DNA of 64,000 nucleotides, taken from the NCBI GenBank assembly GCA_963840175.1, contig CAWIXU010000004.1, forward strand, positions 9,288 through 73,287, written 5' to 3'. The notes below the pieces were generated by a model. It was not told the DNA's origin. It did not search any database and worked only from the letters and a program-made list of their open reading frames with translations. This DNA is from an uncultured Acidimicrobiia bacterium (lineage in GTDB: Bacteria; Actinomycetota; Acidimicrobiia; Spongiisociales; ZC4RG35). Position numbers and translations under genes: made by a program. Shown in pieces: positions 54,024 to 64,000 of this stretch; positions within the stretch are counted from its first letter, which is position 1; each line of letters starts with the position of its first letter.

Positions 54024-54085
54024 CATGGGCTGATCGCAATTCTACGGGTATTCAGAGAATCCGTGTTCGCCTATCTTCTGCGGAA

Positions 54086-55226
54086 ATGACGATCTACGAC
54101 AACGAGGATCTCGAGGCGATTCGCCAGCAAACCCGGCGCTTCGTCGAGGAGAAAGTCATTCCGGAGGCGGACAAATGGGAGGAGGCCGGTCGGGTCCCCC
54201 GTGAGATCCTCGACGAGATGGCCAGGATCGGCTTCTTCGGTCTGCGGGTCCCGGAGGAGTACGGGGGAGTCGGTTTCGGACCCCTCGCCACCGTCGCCTA
54301 TGCCGAGGAGCTCGGGCGTTCGACCTACGGCGGCTTCGCCATCACCGCCCTGGTCCACACCGAGCTCGCCATGCCGTACCTCTTCAACTTCGGCTCGGAA
54401 GAGCAGAAGCAGCGCTGGCTCCCGGCCATGGTCAACGGCGAGATCATCACCGCCATCGCGGTCACCGAGCCCGACGCCGGTTCGGATGTCGCCAACATTC
54501 GCACGAAGGCGGTGCGCGACGGTGACGGCTGGCGGATCAACGGCTCCAAACTCTTCATCACCAACGGGGGAATCGCCGACCTGGTCTTCGTCGCGGTCAA
54601 GACCAATCCCGAAGCGAAAGGGTCGAGGGGCATATCGATTCTCGCCGTCCCAAAGGACGCTGAGGGATTCAGTGTGAGCCGGGCGCTAACGAAGATGGGA
54701 TGGCACTCCTCGGACACAGCTGAGCTCTCGTTCAACGATTGCTGGGTTCCCGCCGACCACCTCGTCGGCGACGAGAACCGCGGCTTCTACTACATCATGA
54801 CCAACTTCCAGAACGAGCGGCTCGCCATCGCCGCGCAGGCAATCGGCGAGGCGAGCGAGAGCGATCGAGCTCACGCTCGAATACACAAAACAGCGCAAAG
54901 CGTTCGGCAAACCGCTTTTCGACAAGCAGGCCATTCGTCAGCGCCTGGCTATGGCCTCCACCGAGGTCGAGGCTGCCCGACTACTGGTCTATCACGCGGC
55001 ATGGTTGATGGAGCAGGGCGAGGATGCCGTCAAGGAAGTGTCGATGGTGAAGGCGCTAGTCGGCGAGCTCGTCAACGACGTGCTCTACGAATGCGTCCAG
55101 TTCCACGGGGGCATGGGATACATCGCTGAGACCGCGGTGGAACGCCTCTATCGCGACGTTCGCATCCACTCGATCGGCGGTGGTGCCACCGAGGTGATGC
55201 TCGACGAGGTCGCCAAGCGCCTCTAG
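54086..55226 (+). CDS. Acyl-CoA dehydrogenase, one frame change near 54860
   Basis: MTIYDNEDLEAIRQQTRRFVEEKVIP, AIAVTEPDAGSDVANIRT, WRINGSKLFITNG, then QRKAFGKPLFDKQAIRQRLA..FHGGMGYIAETAVERLYRDVRIHSIGGGATEVM. Confidence 0.85.
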
Positions 55227-56077
55227 CGGATCCACTGCGTCGACTCGATGCGAGCGGCCTCGACGGCAGATCCGGACTGCCGCCTCGACATGCGTCGGAG
55301 GACCCTTGGCGCGACCGCCATACCGATGACCGCCCAGCCGGCGAGGACAGCCACCGTCTGCAGGGTGCGCCAGGACCCGCCGATCTCCAAAGCGGCCGCC
55401 GCTTCCGGTAGGAACGCCGAGCGCATACCGAGCCCCAGCCAATACATCGGAAAGACCTGGGCCACCCCCTCCAGCCAATCCCACAGATCTTGGATTGGAT
55501 AGAAGATTCCCGATATGCCGAGGAGCACCAGGATCGGCAGCATTCCCCAGGTTCCGACCTTCTGCACGCCCGGAACCGTCGCCCCGATGATGATCCCGAT
55601 CGGCAGGGTCGCAAGCAGACCGAGCACGACAACCCAGGCGAACGTGAGCCAGCCGTTGAGACCGTTGTACATGAAGTTGTCGAACAAGAAAGAAGCGGGG
55701 ATCAGAATCACGGCGAGCGAGGGGAGCAAGCCAAGTGCGTTTCCGAAGATGTGGGCCGACATGTATCCGACGATTCCGTACGGTGCCGCCTTCGATCTCA
55801 GCACGGTTCCGTCCTCACGCTCCATTGCCAATGAATACGCGGGTCCGACGACCAGGCCGAAGGCGATCATGGCCCCCAGGAGGCTCGGCATGGCCAAGGT
55901 CGGGTAGGACAGAGTGGTTCCTTCCACTTCGGTGTTTCGACGAAGGAATAGGTAGCCCAGAGTTGCCAGGGCCATGAACAGGAAGAAACCCTGGTCCTGG
56001 GGACTCTTGAGGCTCAGGACGAATTCCGTCCAGCCTCGCTTGAGGCCGTTGCGAACCGCATGCAGACGGGGATTCAT
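55223..56077 (-). CDS. ABC-2 type exporter permease (intact)
   Basis: 284 aa with 6 predicted TM segments. ATG overlaps the ATPase stop (ATGA). Confidence 0.7.
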   Translation of the reverse strand: MNPRLHAVRNGLKRGWTEFVLSLKSPQDQGFFLFMALATLGYLFLRRNTEVEGTTLSYPTLAMPSLLGAMIAFGLVVGPAYSLAMEREDGTVLRSKAAPYGIVGYMSAHIFGNALGLLPSLAVILIPASFLFDNFMYNGLNGWLTFAWVVVLGLLATLPIGIIIGATVPGVQKVGTWGMLPILVLLGISGIFYPIQDLWDWLEGVAQVFPMYWLGLGMRSAFLPEAAAALEIGGSWRTLQTVAVLAGWAVIGMAVAPRVLRRMSRRQSGSAVEAARIESTQWIR

Positions 56078-56992
56078 TTCTCGACCTCCTCAAATCCGGT
56101 CGTACTCGCTTCACCAGCCACTTCGAATTGCTGGACCATCGCTAGATAGGTGTCTTCGAGAGTTGCCCGTCTTACCTCGAGTTCTTCGACCGCATCGCCA
56201 TGTTCGTTCAACAGCGACCGGACGAAACGGCGTCGCGTCCGGCGTGGTTTCGACATGGCGCTCACCGTCGAGCCGCCACCGGACCTCGGAATCGCGCGTC
56301 ACCCTTCGCGCCAGGTCCTCGACTGTGCCGTCCGCCACGATCCGGCCGCCGGCGAGGATCAGAATTCGATCGGCAAGCTTGTCGGCCTCGTCCAAATCGT
56401 GAGTGGTCAAGAGAATCGTTGTGTCCTCAAGCTGGGAGAGCTGAAGAACGAGCCCGTGAAAGTCGCGCTTGGCTTGCGGGTCGAATCCGGCGGTGGGCTC
56501 GTCGAGAAATAGCAGCTCGGGCCTTCCGACGATCCCGATGGCGACGTCGAGTCGACGTCGCTGTCCACCAGAAAGCGTGCGGATCTTCTGGTGGGCCTGC
56601 CCCTCGAGACCGATCATGGAGATCAGTTCCTCAGGCGGGTAGGGGCGGCGCCGTTCCGGTGTCGAGTAAGGCTCGTAGTAGCGGCCGAGATGCTCGAGCA
56701 AACCGAGCGGCGTCCAGCGGGCGTGGTCGCGCCAAGATTGCAGCACCACCCCCACCCGGGCTCGCCAATCCTCGGGGGCATCTTGCGGATTCGTGCCGAG
56801 CACATCGACCCGACCGGCCGAAGGAGATCGAAAACCTTCCAGGATCTCAATCGTGGTGGTCTTGCCCGCGCCATTGGGACCCAGCAACGTCACGACCTCG
56901 CCTCTGCGCACCTCGAAATCGACGCCGTTGAGTACATCGACGTCGCCGTAGCGCATCCGCAAGCCTTCGACTTCGATGACAGGCTGGTCCAT
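56074..56992 (-). CDS. ABC transporter ATP-binding protein (DrrA-like), one frame change near 56265
   Basis: Walker A GPNGAGKTT, signature LSGGQRRRL, Walker B LLFLDEPTAGFD. C-terminal tail in ORF 56074-56265. Confidence 0.85.
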
Positions 56993-57018
56993 GGGCGCAA
57001 ATATTCCTACGGGGCACT

Positions 57019-57420
57019 TTACGAAGCCGTTAGTCGGGACTGAGCGCGCCGGATCTCCTCCTCTTCGAGCGGGTGGACGTAGAGGTCATAAGCCATCCAC
57101 AACGACCGTGCCCAGGGGTAGAAGAACAGCGGCACCAGACCGGTGAACGAGACGACGACAATCGTGAGCCACGTCCATGGGACATCCGGCCAGGTCAAGG
57201 CGAGAAAGAGGCCGAAGGACAGAAACATCGCCAAGATGGCCAGGATCGTGTTGAAGATCACCGCGCCCACCCAGTAGCCCGGCTCGCGTTCGAAGCGATG
57301 CCCGCAGCGGGGGCAGAAATCAGCTAGCGCCCACCAGCGGAAGATTCCTCCCTGCCCGCAATGGGGGCACTGGCGGCGGAAGCCGCGGGCCAACTGAACA
57401 GTGAGCTTCGGCCGGGTCAT
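57019..57420 (-). CDS. DUF983-type zinc-ribbon membrane protein
   Basis: MTRPKLTVQLARGFRRQCPHCGQGGIFRWWALADFCPRCGHRFEREPGYWVGAVIF followed by 2 TM helices. Confidence 0.6.
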   Translation of the reverse strand: MTRPKLTVQLARGFRRQCPHCGQGGIFRWWALADFCPRCGHRFEREPGYWVGAVIFNTILAILAMFLSFGLFLALTWPDVPWTWLTIVVVSFTGLVPLFFYPWARSLWMAYDLYVHPLEEEEIRRAQSRLTAS

Positions 57421-57448
57421 GTCACTCAGGCTAAGTACCGTGCTGGAC

Positions 57449-58078
57449 ATGAGGCCGCCCCGAATCGAGTACGAGAGCGCCCCGCTCGATCTGATCGACC
57501 TTGACCCCGACCCTTTCGCCCAGTTCTCCCGCTGGCTCGACGACGCCTTCGCCGCCGAAGTGCCCGAACCGGAGGCCTTCGTCCTCTCGACAGTCAGTGC
57601 AGGCGGCAGTCCTTCCTCGCGCACTGTTCTCCTGAAGCAATTCGATCAGGACGGCATCGTGTTCTACTCGAACTACCGCAGTGCCAAAGCAGTCGACCTC
57701 AGCGGCGAGCCGCGAGTGGCCGCTTTGTTCCTGTGGCTGCCAATCCACCGCCAGGTCCGGGTCGAGGGCCGGGCGGAAAAGGTCGAGGCGGAACTCTCCG
57801 ATGCATACTTTGCCACTCGCCCTCCCGAGGCCCGGCTGGCCTCGGCCGCTTCCCCGCAAAGCCAGGTGGTCGTTAGTCGGGAGGAGCTCGATGGAATGCT
57901 CGAGCTCCTAACCCGCCAATATCCCGACGGCAATGTTCCCCGCCCCGCCCATTGGGGCGGCTACCGCATCAAGCCCACGCTGTTCGAGTTCTGGCAGGGG
58001 AGGCGGGCACGATTTCACGACCGTTTCCGCTTCCGACTCGACAAGGAGCGCTGGCTGATCGATCGGTTGGCGCCATGA
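57449..58078 (+). CDS. pdxH: Pyridoxamine 5'-phosphate oxidase
   Basis: DPFAQFSRWLDDA..PEAFVLSTV..PSSRTVLLKQFDQDGIVFYSNYRSAK..RQVRVEGRAEKV..YFATRP..HWGGYRI..FEFWQGR..R.HDRFRF. Confidence 0.9.
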   Translation: MRPPRIEYESAPLDLIDLDPDPFAQFSRWLDDAFAAEVPEPEAFVLSTVSAGGSPSSRTVLLKQFDQDGIVFYSNYRSAKAVDLSGEPRVAALFLWLPIHRQVRVEGRAEKVEAELSDAYFATRPPEARLASAASPQSQVVVSREELDGMLELLTRQYPDGNVPRPAHWGGYRIKPTLFEFWQGRRARFHDRFRFRLDKERWLIDRLAP

Positions 58079-58809
58079 AGCTGGATGTCGTCGGTTCCTC
58101 GGGCACCTATCCCACCCGTGGCCGCCCCGCCGCCGGCTATCTGATTTCTCAGGGCGAAACTCGGATCTGGTGCGACACCGGGCCTGGAACTTTCGTCACG
58201 TTGCCACTCGAGATCGACCTCGTGAGCGCGATCGTGATCTCACACGAACATCCCGATCACTGGCTCGACCTGGTCACCGCCTATCACGCGATTTGCTACG
58301 GACCGAACCCCCGCCAGGGGATCCCAGTCTTCGCTCCCCAGGCGACAATCGAGCACATGTTGAAGATCGGCGGGGAAGACGAATACGAAGGAACCTTCGA
58401 CTTCAAAGCGGTGGCAGGAGGCGACTCGATCGAGATCGGCGGGATCGACGTCACTTTCGCCTGGTCGGATCACTCGGTTCCCACCGTCGCTTCGCGCTGG
58501 GAAGCCAACGGTCGGGTCCTCGCCTACAGCGCTGACACCGGCCCCGGCGGTGACTGGGAGAAAGTGGCCGCGGAAGCTGACCTTTTTCTCTGCGAGGCGA
58601 GCTATCAGGGCGACATCGCCGACTATGCCTATCAGCACCATCTCACCGCGTCTCTCGCCGGATCGATTGCCCGCCGCCAGGGAGCCAAAAAGCTGATGCT
58701 CACTCACATCCCCCCACATCTCGATCCGACGCTTTCCATCAATGAAGCCGAGACTTCCTTCGATCGACCGGTGGAGCTTGCCGTCCCCGGGCTGAGCCGG
58801 AAGATCTAG
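58075..58809 (+). CDS. MBL-fold metallo-hydrolase
   Basis: MKLDVVGSSG..ISHEHPDHWLDL (HxHxDH motif). ATG overlaps the pdxH stop (ATGA). Conserved position upstream of rph-rdgB. Confidence 0.75.
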   Translation: MKLDVVGSSGTYPTRGRPAAGYLISQGETRIWCDTGPGTFVTLPLEIDLVSAIVISHEHPDHWLDLVTAYHAICYGPNPRQGIPVFAPQATIEHMLKIGGEDEYEGTFDFKAVAGGDSIEIGGIDVTFAWSDHSVPTVASRWEANGRVLAYSADTGPGGDWEKVAAEADLFLCEASYQGDIADYAYQHHLTASLAGSIARRQGAKKLMLTHIPPHLDPTLSINEAETSFDRPVELAVPGLSRKI

Positions 58810-58814
58810 CGCGC

Positions 58815-59519
58815 ATGCCCCGGGCCCGGCCGTTCGACGAGATCCGTCCCCTGCGGATGCATCTGGGGTTCACCGACATGACCCCGGGGTCGGTGCTGAT
58901 CGAGATGGGCCGCACCCGGGTCCTTTGCACCGCGGTCATCGAGCTCGAGGTTCCGCGCTGGATGCGCGACAGCGGCAAAGGCTGGGTGACCGCCGAGTAC
59001 GGGATGCTGCCCGGATCGTCATCCGAAAGAATCGGGCGCGACCAGTACCAGAAAGGTCGCGCGCTCGAAATCTCCCGCCTCATCGGGCGAGCTTTGCGCT
59101 CGGTCGTCGACCCCACGGCGATGGGGGAGCTGATGGTGCGAGTCGATTGCGATGTCATCCAGGCTGACGGCGGCACCCGCACCGCGGCGATCACGGGTGC
59201 CTGGGTCGCTCTCCACCAGGCTTTCAGCGAGGCAATCGCCAAGGGTCGACTGGCCAGGAATCCGATCGTCGATCAAGTTGCCGCCATCTCGGTGGGGCTG
59301 GTCGAGGGGGAACTGTTGCTCGACCTCGAATACGAGGATGACGCCCGCGCCGAGGTCGATTTCAACGTGGTGATGTCGGGCCGGGGACTCCTCGTCGAAG
59401 TGCAGGGTTCCGCCGAAGGCGCCCCCTACACGCGGGAGGATCTCGACCGCATCCTCGATCTCTCCACTCTCGGCATCAACGTGTTGCTCGATGCCCAGAA
59501 ACAGGCGGTTGCCGAATAG
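58815..59519 (+). CDS. rph: Ribonuclease PH (intact)
   Basis: GSVLIEMGRTRVLCTA..GWVTAEYGMLPGSS..GRALEISRLIGRALR..DCDVIQADGGTRTAAITGAWVAL. Confidence 0.9.
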   Translation: MPRARPFDEIRPLRMHLGFTDMTPGSVLIEMGRTRVLCTAVIELEVPRWMRDSGKGWVTAEYGMLPGSSSERIGRDQYQKGRALEISRLIGRALRSVVDPTAMGELMVRVDCDVIQADGGTRTAAITGAWVALHQAFSEAIAKGRLARNPIVDQVAAISVGLVEGELLLDLEYEDDARAEVDFNVVMSGRGLLVEVQGSAEGAPYTREDLDRILDLSTLGINVLLDAQKQAVAE

Positions 59520-59529
59520 GGATCGACCA

Positions 59530-60112
59530 GTGATCGAGCGGCTCAAAATCGATCGAGCTGGTCGTCGCTTCGAAGAACCCCGACAAGATCGCCGAGATCG
59601 AAGCCGTGCTGGTTGCCACTGGCGCGGTGGGCGAGATCGTGCAGGGTCTCGACTGGCCCGACGTCGAGGAGACCGAGGACACTCTCGAAGGCAATGCGCG
59701 CCTGAAGGCACAAGCGGTCTACGACGCGACCGGCTTGCCGGCGTTGGCCGACGACACCGGTCTTTTCGTCGACGCCCTCGGCGGTCTGCCCGGAGTGAAC
59801 ACCGCTCGTTACGCCGGTCCCCACGCGAGCTATACCGACAACGTCGCCCTCCTGCTCCAGACTTTGGGCGACCGGGACGACCGTCAAGCAGTCTTTCGCA
59901 CGGTGATGGTGATAGTCGGAGCCGGCAGGAGCCTGGTCGCCACCGGCGAGCTCAACGGCCAGATTGCGTTCGGACCGAGAGGCGCCAACGGGTTTGGCTA
60001 CGACCCGATCTTCGAAGTCGAGGGCCGCACCCTCGCCGAGATGTCCGAAGATGAGAAGAACGAGATGTCGCACCGCGCCCGCGCTATTCGGGCACTGGTC
60101 GCGCTGCTCTAG
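59530..60112 (+). CDS. rdgB: Non-canonical purine NTP pyrophosphatase (RdgB/HAM1), one frame change near 59555
   Basis: LVVASKNPDKIAEIEAVL, EETEDTLEGNARLKA, ALADDTGLFVDALGGLPGVNTARYAG, GANGFGYDPIF, EKNEMSHRARA. Confidence 0.85.
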
Positions 60113-61039
60113 CCCTTGGTCGCTCCGGCGGTGAGGGCGCCGATGATCTGTTTCTGGGCGATCAGGAACACCGCCACGATCGGGAGCGCACCCAGCAGCG
60201 CCGTCGCCGCCAGCAGACCCCACTTGGCGTTGTAGCCCTCACCGAGGAAGGCCTGCAGGCCGACCGGGAGCGTGAACTGCTCGGTTCCCTGCAAGAGGAA
60301 CGACGCCAGGATGAACTCGTTGAAGATTCCGACGAAGCTGATGATGAAGATCACCGCGAGCATCGGGCGAGCCAGGGGCAGGATGATGCGCGAGAAGATT
60401 CCGAACTCGGTCGCACCGTCGATCACCGCCGCCTCGTCGAGGGAGGCCGGGATCGAGTCCAGGTAACCCTTGATCAAGAAGGCGTTGAAGCCGGCCGCGC
60501 CACCGAGATAGACCAGGATCAGGTAAAGGTGGGTGTTGAGCCCGACGGCGGGGACGATGCCGCCGATCTGCTGCGCCAGACACAAAGAAGGCGATGAATC
60601 CCAGGAATTGCGGGAAGATCTGCAGCACCAGGAGCAACGTCAGCAATCCCCGCCGTCCTCGGAACCGAAGGCGAGAGAAGGCGTACGCGGCGAACGACGC
60701 GATGATCACGTTGAGCCCGGCCGCGACCAGCGCCACCTTGAAGCTGTTGAAGAGCCACGTCGGGACTGGGGCGACCGTGCTGCGGAAGAGCTGGACGAAG
60801 TTGTCGAGCGTGACCTGCTGGGGGATGAGCCGCGAGGCACCCAGGTTGTCGACGGCGTTGAACGAGGCCGAGATGATCCACACCACCGGAAACAGCGCGA
60901 ACAGGGCGGCAATGATGGCGACCAGGTGCCGCCAGCCGCGCAGCTGGAACCCGCGCTTGTAGTGCGCCCAGCGAGCCTCCCGGGTTGTCTCCGCTGGCCT
61001 GGAGGCGGTGCCGACGACAACGCTCGAATCACCCGCCAT
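60109..61039 (-). CDS. Carbohydrate ABC transporter permease (MalG-like), one frame change near 60580
   Basis: EAA loop DEAAVIDGATEFGIFSRIILPLARP with 6 TM segments. ORFs 60239-61039 and 60109-60585. Confidence 0.8.
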
Positions 61040-62679
61040 AGATCTCCTCCAGTCGCTTGGTGAGTCGGAAGCTCGTGGCCGACGAGACGGCGAGGATCAC
61101 GAAGATGATCACGATGACCGCCGAGGCGAGGGCGAATTGATTGCCGCGTCCCGCTCCTTGGGCCAGGTTGAAGGTGAAGGAGATCAGCAGGTCCGACGCC
61201 CCCACCGGGACGTCGTAGCCGCTCAGAGGCGGCCCACCTCCGGAGAGCAAGAAGATCAGGACGAAGTTGTTGAAGTTGAAGGCGAAGGCCCCGATCAGAA
61301 GCGGCGCAGTCGACACCAGCAGAAGCGGCAACGTGACCGATCGAAACACCTTGAACGGGTTGGCACCGTCCACCCGAGCTGCTTCCTGCAATTCGACCGG
61401 AACTGAGGTCAGAGCGCCGGATGAGATCAAGAACATATAGGGGAAACCGAGCCACAAGTTGACAATGAAGATGGCAACGAGGACCCACCATGGGTTCCCG
61501 AGCCAGTCGACTCCCGGTATCCCGAACGTTTCGAGGATGCCGTTGACCTTTCCAAACCGATCATTGAGCAAGCCGCGCCAGATCAGGATCGAGAGGAAAC
61601 CCTGGGATGGCATAGGGGATGATGTAGATCGACCGGTAAAACGCCCGGCCCTTCATCGCCTTCGTCTTGGAGGGCAATGGCCAGGACAAGACCCAAACGC
61701 GAAGTTGAGGATCACCGAGCCGAATGCGAAGACGATGTTCCACGTAAAGACTCGTAGAAAGGGGCCGCGGATTCGTTCGTTGGTGAGAATGTTGGCGTAG
61801 TTGTCAAAGCCAACCACCGAGCGCCAGCCGATGAAGCGGCTCTCGATCGCCGAGGTGGGAACCTGATTGCACACCCCACCAGAACAGGTGATGCTCGTCT
61901 CCGTTGCCGCGATCGCGGTTCGGGCAACGTCCTCTTCGGGCACTCCGTCGCAGAGGAAGTTGCCCGTGCCGGCCACACAGACGCGTTGGGTCTGGTTATC
62001 GGTGAGGGTGTCGGTGGCCGGGTCATAGCTAAAGCGCTGCCCGACGTTGCGGACATTGACGCTGGAAAGCGTCTCGAGAGCTGCCTGCCGGCCATCGGGC
62101 AAGTCGAGGATCAGGTCCTGCAAGGTCCCTGACATCCCGGCCAGACGCAAACGGGGAATCAACGTGTAATCGCCCAGCGTTTCGGGGGGAGCGGCAGGAT
62201 CGATCGCGGCGTCCCCGGTGTTGAGGTGCGAATCGGTTATCGGATCAGAATCGCTCGGCCGCGGAGTGCCAAAGAACGGCTCGGCTTCGCCGCCACCGAT
62301 CAGGAAGGCGAGCTGGCCGTCGTCAGTGGTGTAGACGGACAGCGGCAGAGTTTGATCGGTGCCGTCGCTTGCCATCGGGATCGCCTCGAGGGCGCTGATG
62401 GCCTGCGGCTTGGAGAGGAAGTTGCCAGTTCGCCAGTTGGTCAGCGAAACGTAGAAGGTATAGAAGACCGGGTAGACGACGAAGATCGCCATCAGGATCA
62501 GGCCGGGAGTCAACCAACGCGAAGCCGAGGCTCGCGGGCTCAGATAGGCCCAGTTGACGAGCACCGCGGCCCCAATCAGAAATCCGAACAAGGGTCCAGG
62601 ATTGATTGGCAACGAGCTGGGGGATCGCAAAGATGATCAGCGCGTCGAAGATCGCGACCGCGATGGTGCGAATCCACAT
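61029..62679 (-). CDS. Carbohydrate ABC transporter permease (MalF-like) with a ~240-aa extracytoplasmic insert, frameshifted
   Basis: ATG 62679 (AAGGA upstream) MWIRTIAVAIFDALIIFAIPQLV. Large loop in ORF 61653-62630. EAA loop QEAARVDGANPFKVFRSVTLPLL in ORF 61029-61613. Confidence 0.8.
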
Positions 62680-62755
62680 TCCTTTCGCGGTTCGCTGCAA
62701 ACCGCGGTCCCACGCCACCTGTTCCTCCTCCCACCAGGCGTTCGAGTTGTGGAGC

Positions 62756-62781
62756 GAGCCCACCACCGAAGTGGTGGGCTC
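62756..62781 (-). promoter_or_regulatory. Intercistronic stem-loop with UUCG tetraloop between the binding-protein and permease genes
   Basis: Transcript sense is GAGCCCACCAC-UUCG-GUGGUGGGCUC, a perfect 11-bp stem. It lies 12 nt after the binding-protein stop and has no U-tract. Confidence 0.6.
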
Positions 62782-62792
62782 ACTCGGATGGA

Positions 62793-64000
62793 TCAGCCTC
62801 CGGCGATAGCCGAGCGGACTGCTTCGGCCGCCGTCGTCATCGCTTCGTCCGCGGCGATTTCGCCGTTGCGAATCAGCAGCATGTTGTCGCCAAGGGGACC
62901 CCACACCGAGGCCATCTCGGGCACGTTGGGCATCGGAATCCCGTTGCCTGCCGCCTCGGCGAAGGTCTGCGACTTGTGGATCGGAGCTCAAGCCGTCCTG
63001 CACCGCCTGCCAGGCCGTCCCGCGGGGATCGGCGTCGTACATTGCCTGCATGACTTCATCGGTGGCGATGAAATCGAGCAGGAAGGTCTGGGCCAGGAGC
63101 TTCTGCTCGGAGAAGGCCGAGATGAAGAAACCCTGTGCTCCCACGAACGGCTGGGTCGGCTGGTCACCGATCTGGGGAATCACCGCCACATCCCAGTTGA
63201 CCGTGGTCTGCTCGCGCAGGGCGCCGAGTTCCCAGGGCCCGGTGATCCAGAACGCCGAGGACCCCTCGAGGAAGAGGTTCTTGGCGGTGTCATAGTCGGT
63301 CGACGCAACAACTCCCGCCGACACCTGGTCGGCCAGATATTGCGCTCCCTGGATCGCCTCGGGAGTGTCGAGACGGACTTCGCTCGGGTCGTAGCTCCCG
63401 GTCTCAGGGTCGTAGGCGAAGATCGAGCCGCCATAGGCGGAGACGAACGGGTAGTTGTGGTAGGCGTCGGTGGCTGCGCCGCCGCCGGGGATGCCGAGGC
63501 AGGTATCGACCGCGGCGGCTTCGCAGGCTGCCGCCACCTCGTCGAAGGTCGCCGGGGCCGTGGGGACCAGGTCGGTGTTGTAGTAGAGGGCGATGGTTTC
63601 GGTGACATAGGGCACCGCATAGGTCTGACCCTCGAAACCGAAGGCATTGACCGCAACGGGTACGAAGCTGTCGGCCTTGGCGCCGAGATCGATCGGATCG
63701 ATGACGCCGTTGGCGACGAGCTCGCCGGTCCAGTCGTGGGCACCGACGAAGATGTCCGGACCCTCACCGGCGGGGCCGGCGGTCGAGACCTGGTCACGGA
63801 TCTCGCCGAACGGCACCAACTCGACGATTACCTCGACTCCGGTCGCCTCGGTGAAGGCGGGAGCGATGGCCTGGAGCGGCTCGACCCGCCGTTCGTCCGC
63901 CCAGATCACCAGCGCTTCACCGGCCGCGGCCGCGGTGGTTTCGGCGGCCGCAGAGGTAGTCGTTTCCTCGACCCCGGCGGTAGTGGTCGTTGCCAGATCG
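62793..64000 (-). CDS. Carbohydrate ABC transporter substrate-binding protein (MalE-like), 5' end beyond window, frameshifted near 62.95 kb
   Basis: LVIWADERRVEPLQAIAPAFTEATGVEVIVELVPFGEIRDQV, FVGAHDWTGELVANG, FWITGPWELGAL. The Thr/Ala-rich linker at the window edge implies an upstream lipoprotein signal. Confidence 0.8.

Noticed and set aside
53565-54033. Three overlapping ORFs (53565-53957 +, 53584-53880 -, 53704-54033 +)
   Set aside because: The region is the tmRNA gene. The ORFs have no coding signature.

Overview
High-GC (by eye about two-thirds G+C, not computed) chromosomal segment whose gene order matches core Actinomycetota synteny: accA-pccB/birA, cofD-cofE, manB-trm112-SIS-ahcY, comF-hpf-RR-secA, prfB-ftsE-ftsX-M23-smpB plus ssrA, and MBL-rph-rdgB. 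The class is not determinable here; SLH-anchored proteins hint at a non-mycolate lineage. I recognise about 55 protein genes and one tmRNA. I found no rRNA, tRNA, CRISPR array, transposase, integrase or prophage. Content: (i) 0-11 kb, a cell-envelope glycan locus (wecB, two GT2, Wzy/O-antigen-ligase-like, flippase-like) interleaved with three SLH-domain surface proteins, one a SpoIID-SLH fusion; (ii) 12-29 kb, housekeeping genes (PBP1A, MCM-family mutase, acyl-CoA carboxylase, birA, LCP, ugd, F420 cofD/cofE); (iii) 29-41.5 kb, a conserved actinobacterial envelope/mannose cluster; (iv) 41.5-64 kb, P450, comF-hpf-secA, prfB-ftsEX-smpB, tmRNA, a drrAB-like exporter, rph-rdgB and a sugar ABC importer that runs off the window. 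The dominant technical feature is that most conserved genes, including essential ones, can only be read through +/-1 frame changes. I interpret this as homopolymer consensus error, so all gene spans below are reconstructed across six-frame fragments and the ends are approximate. The most interesting biology is two repeat systems. One is a ~565-bp DUF559-nuclease cassette bounded by ~60-bp GC-palindromic terminal inverted repeats, present twice. The other is a CAGACATCAGA-type hairpin element that is intact upstream of secA but split at 17.7/18.65 kb, with an arylamine N-acetyltransferase gene filling the gap between its arms. A canonical programmed +1 frameshift in prfB is also present and is distinguishable from the artefactual shifts.
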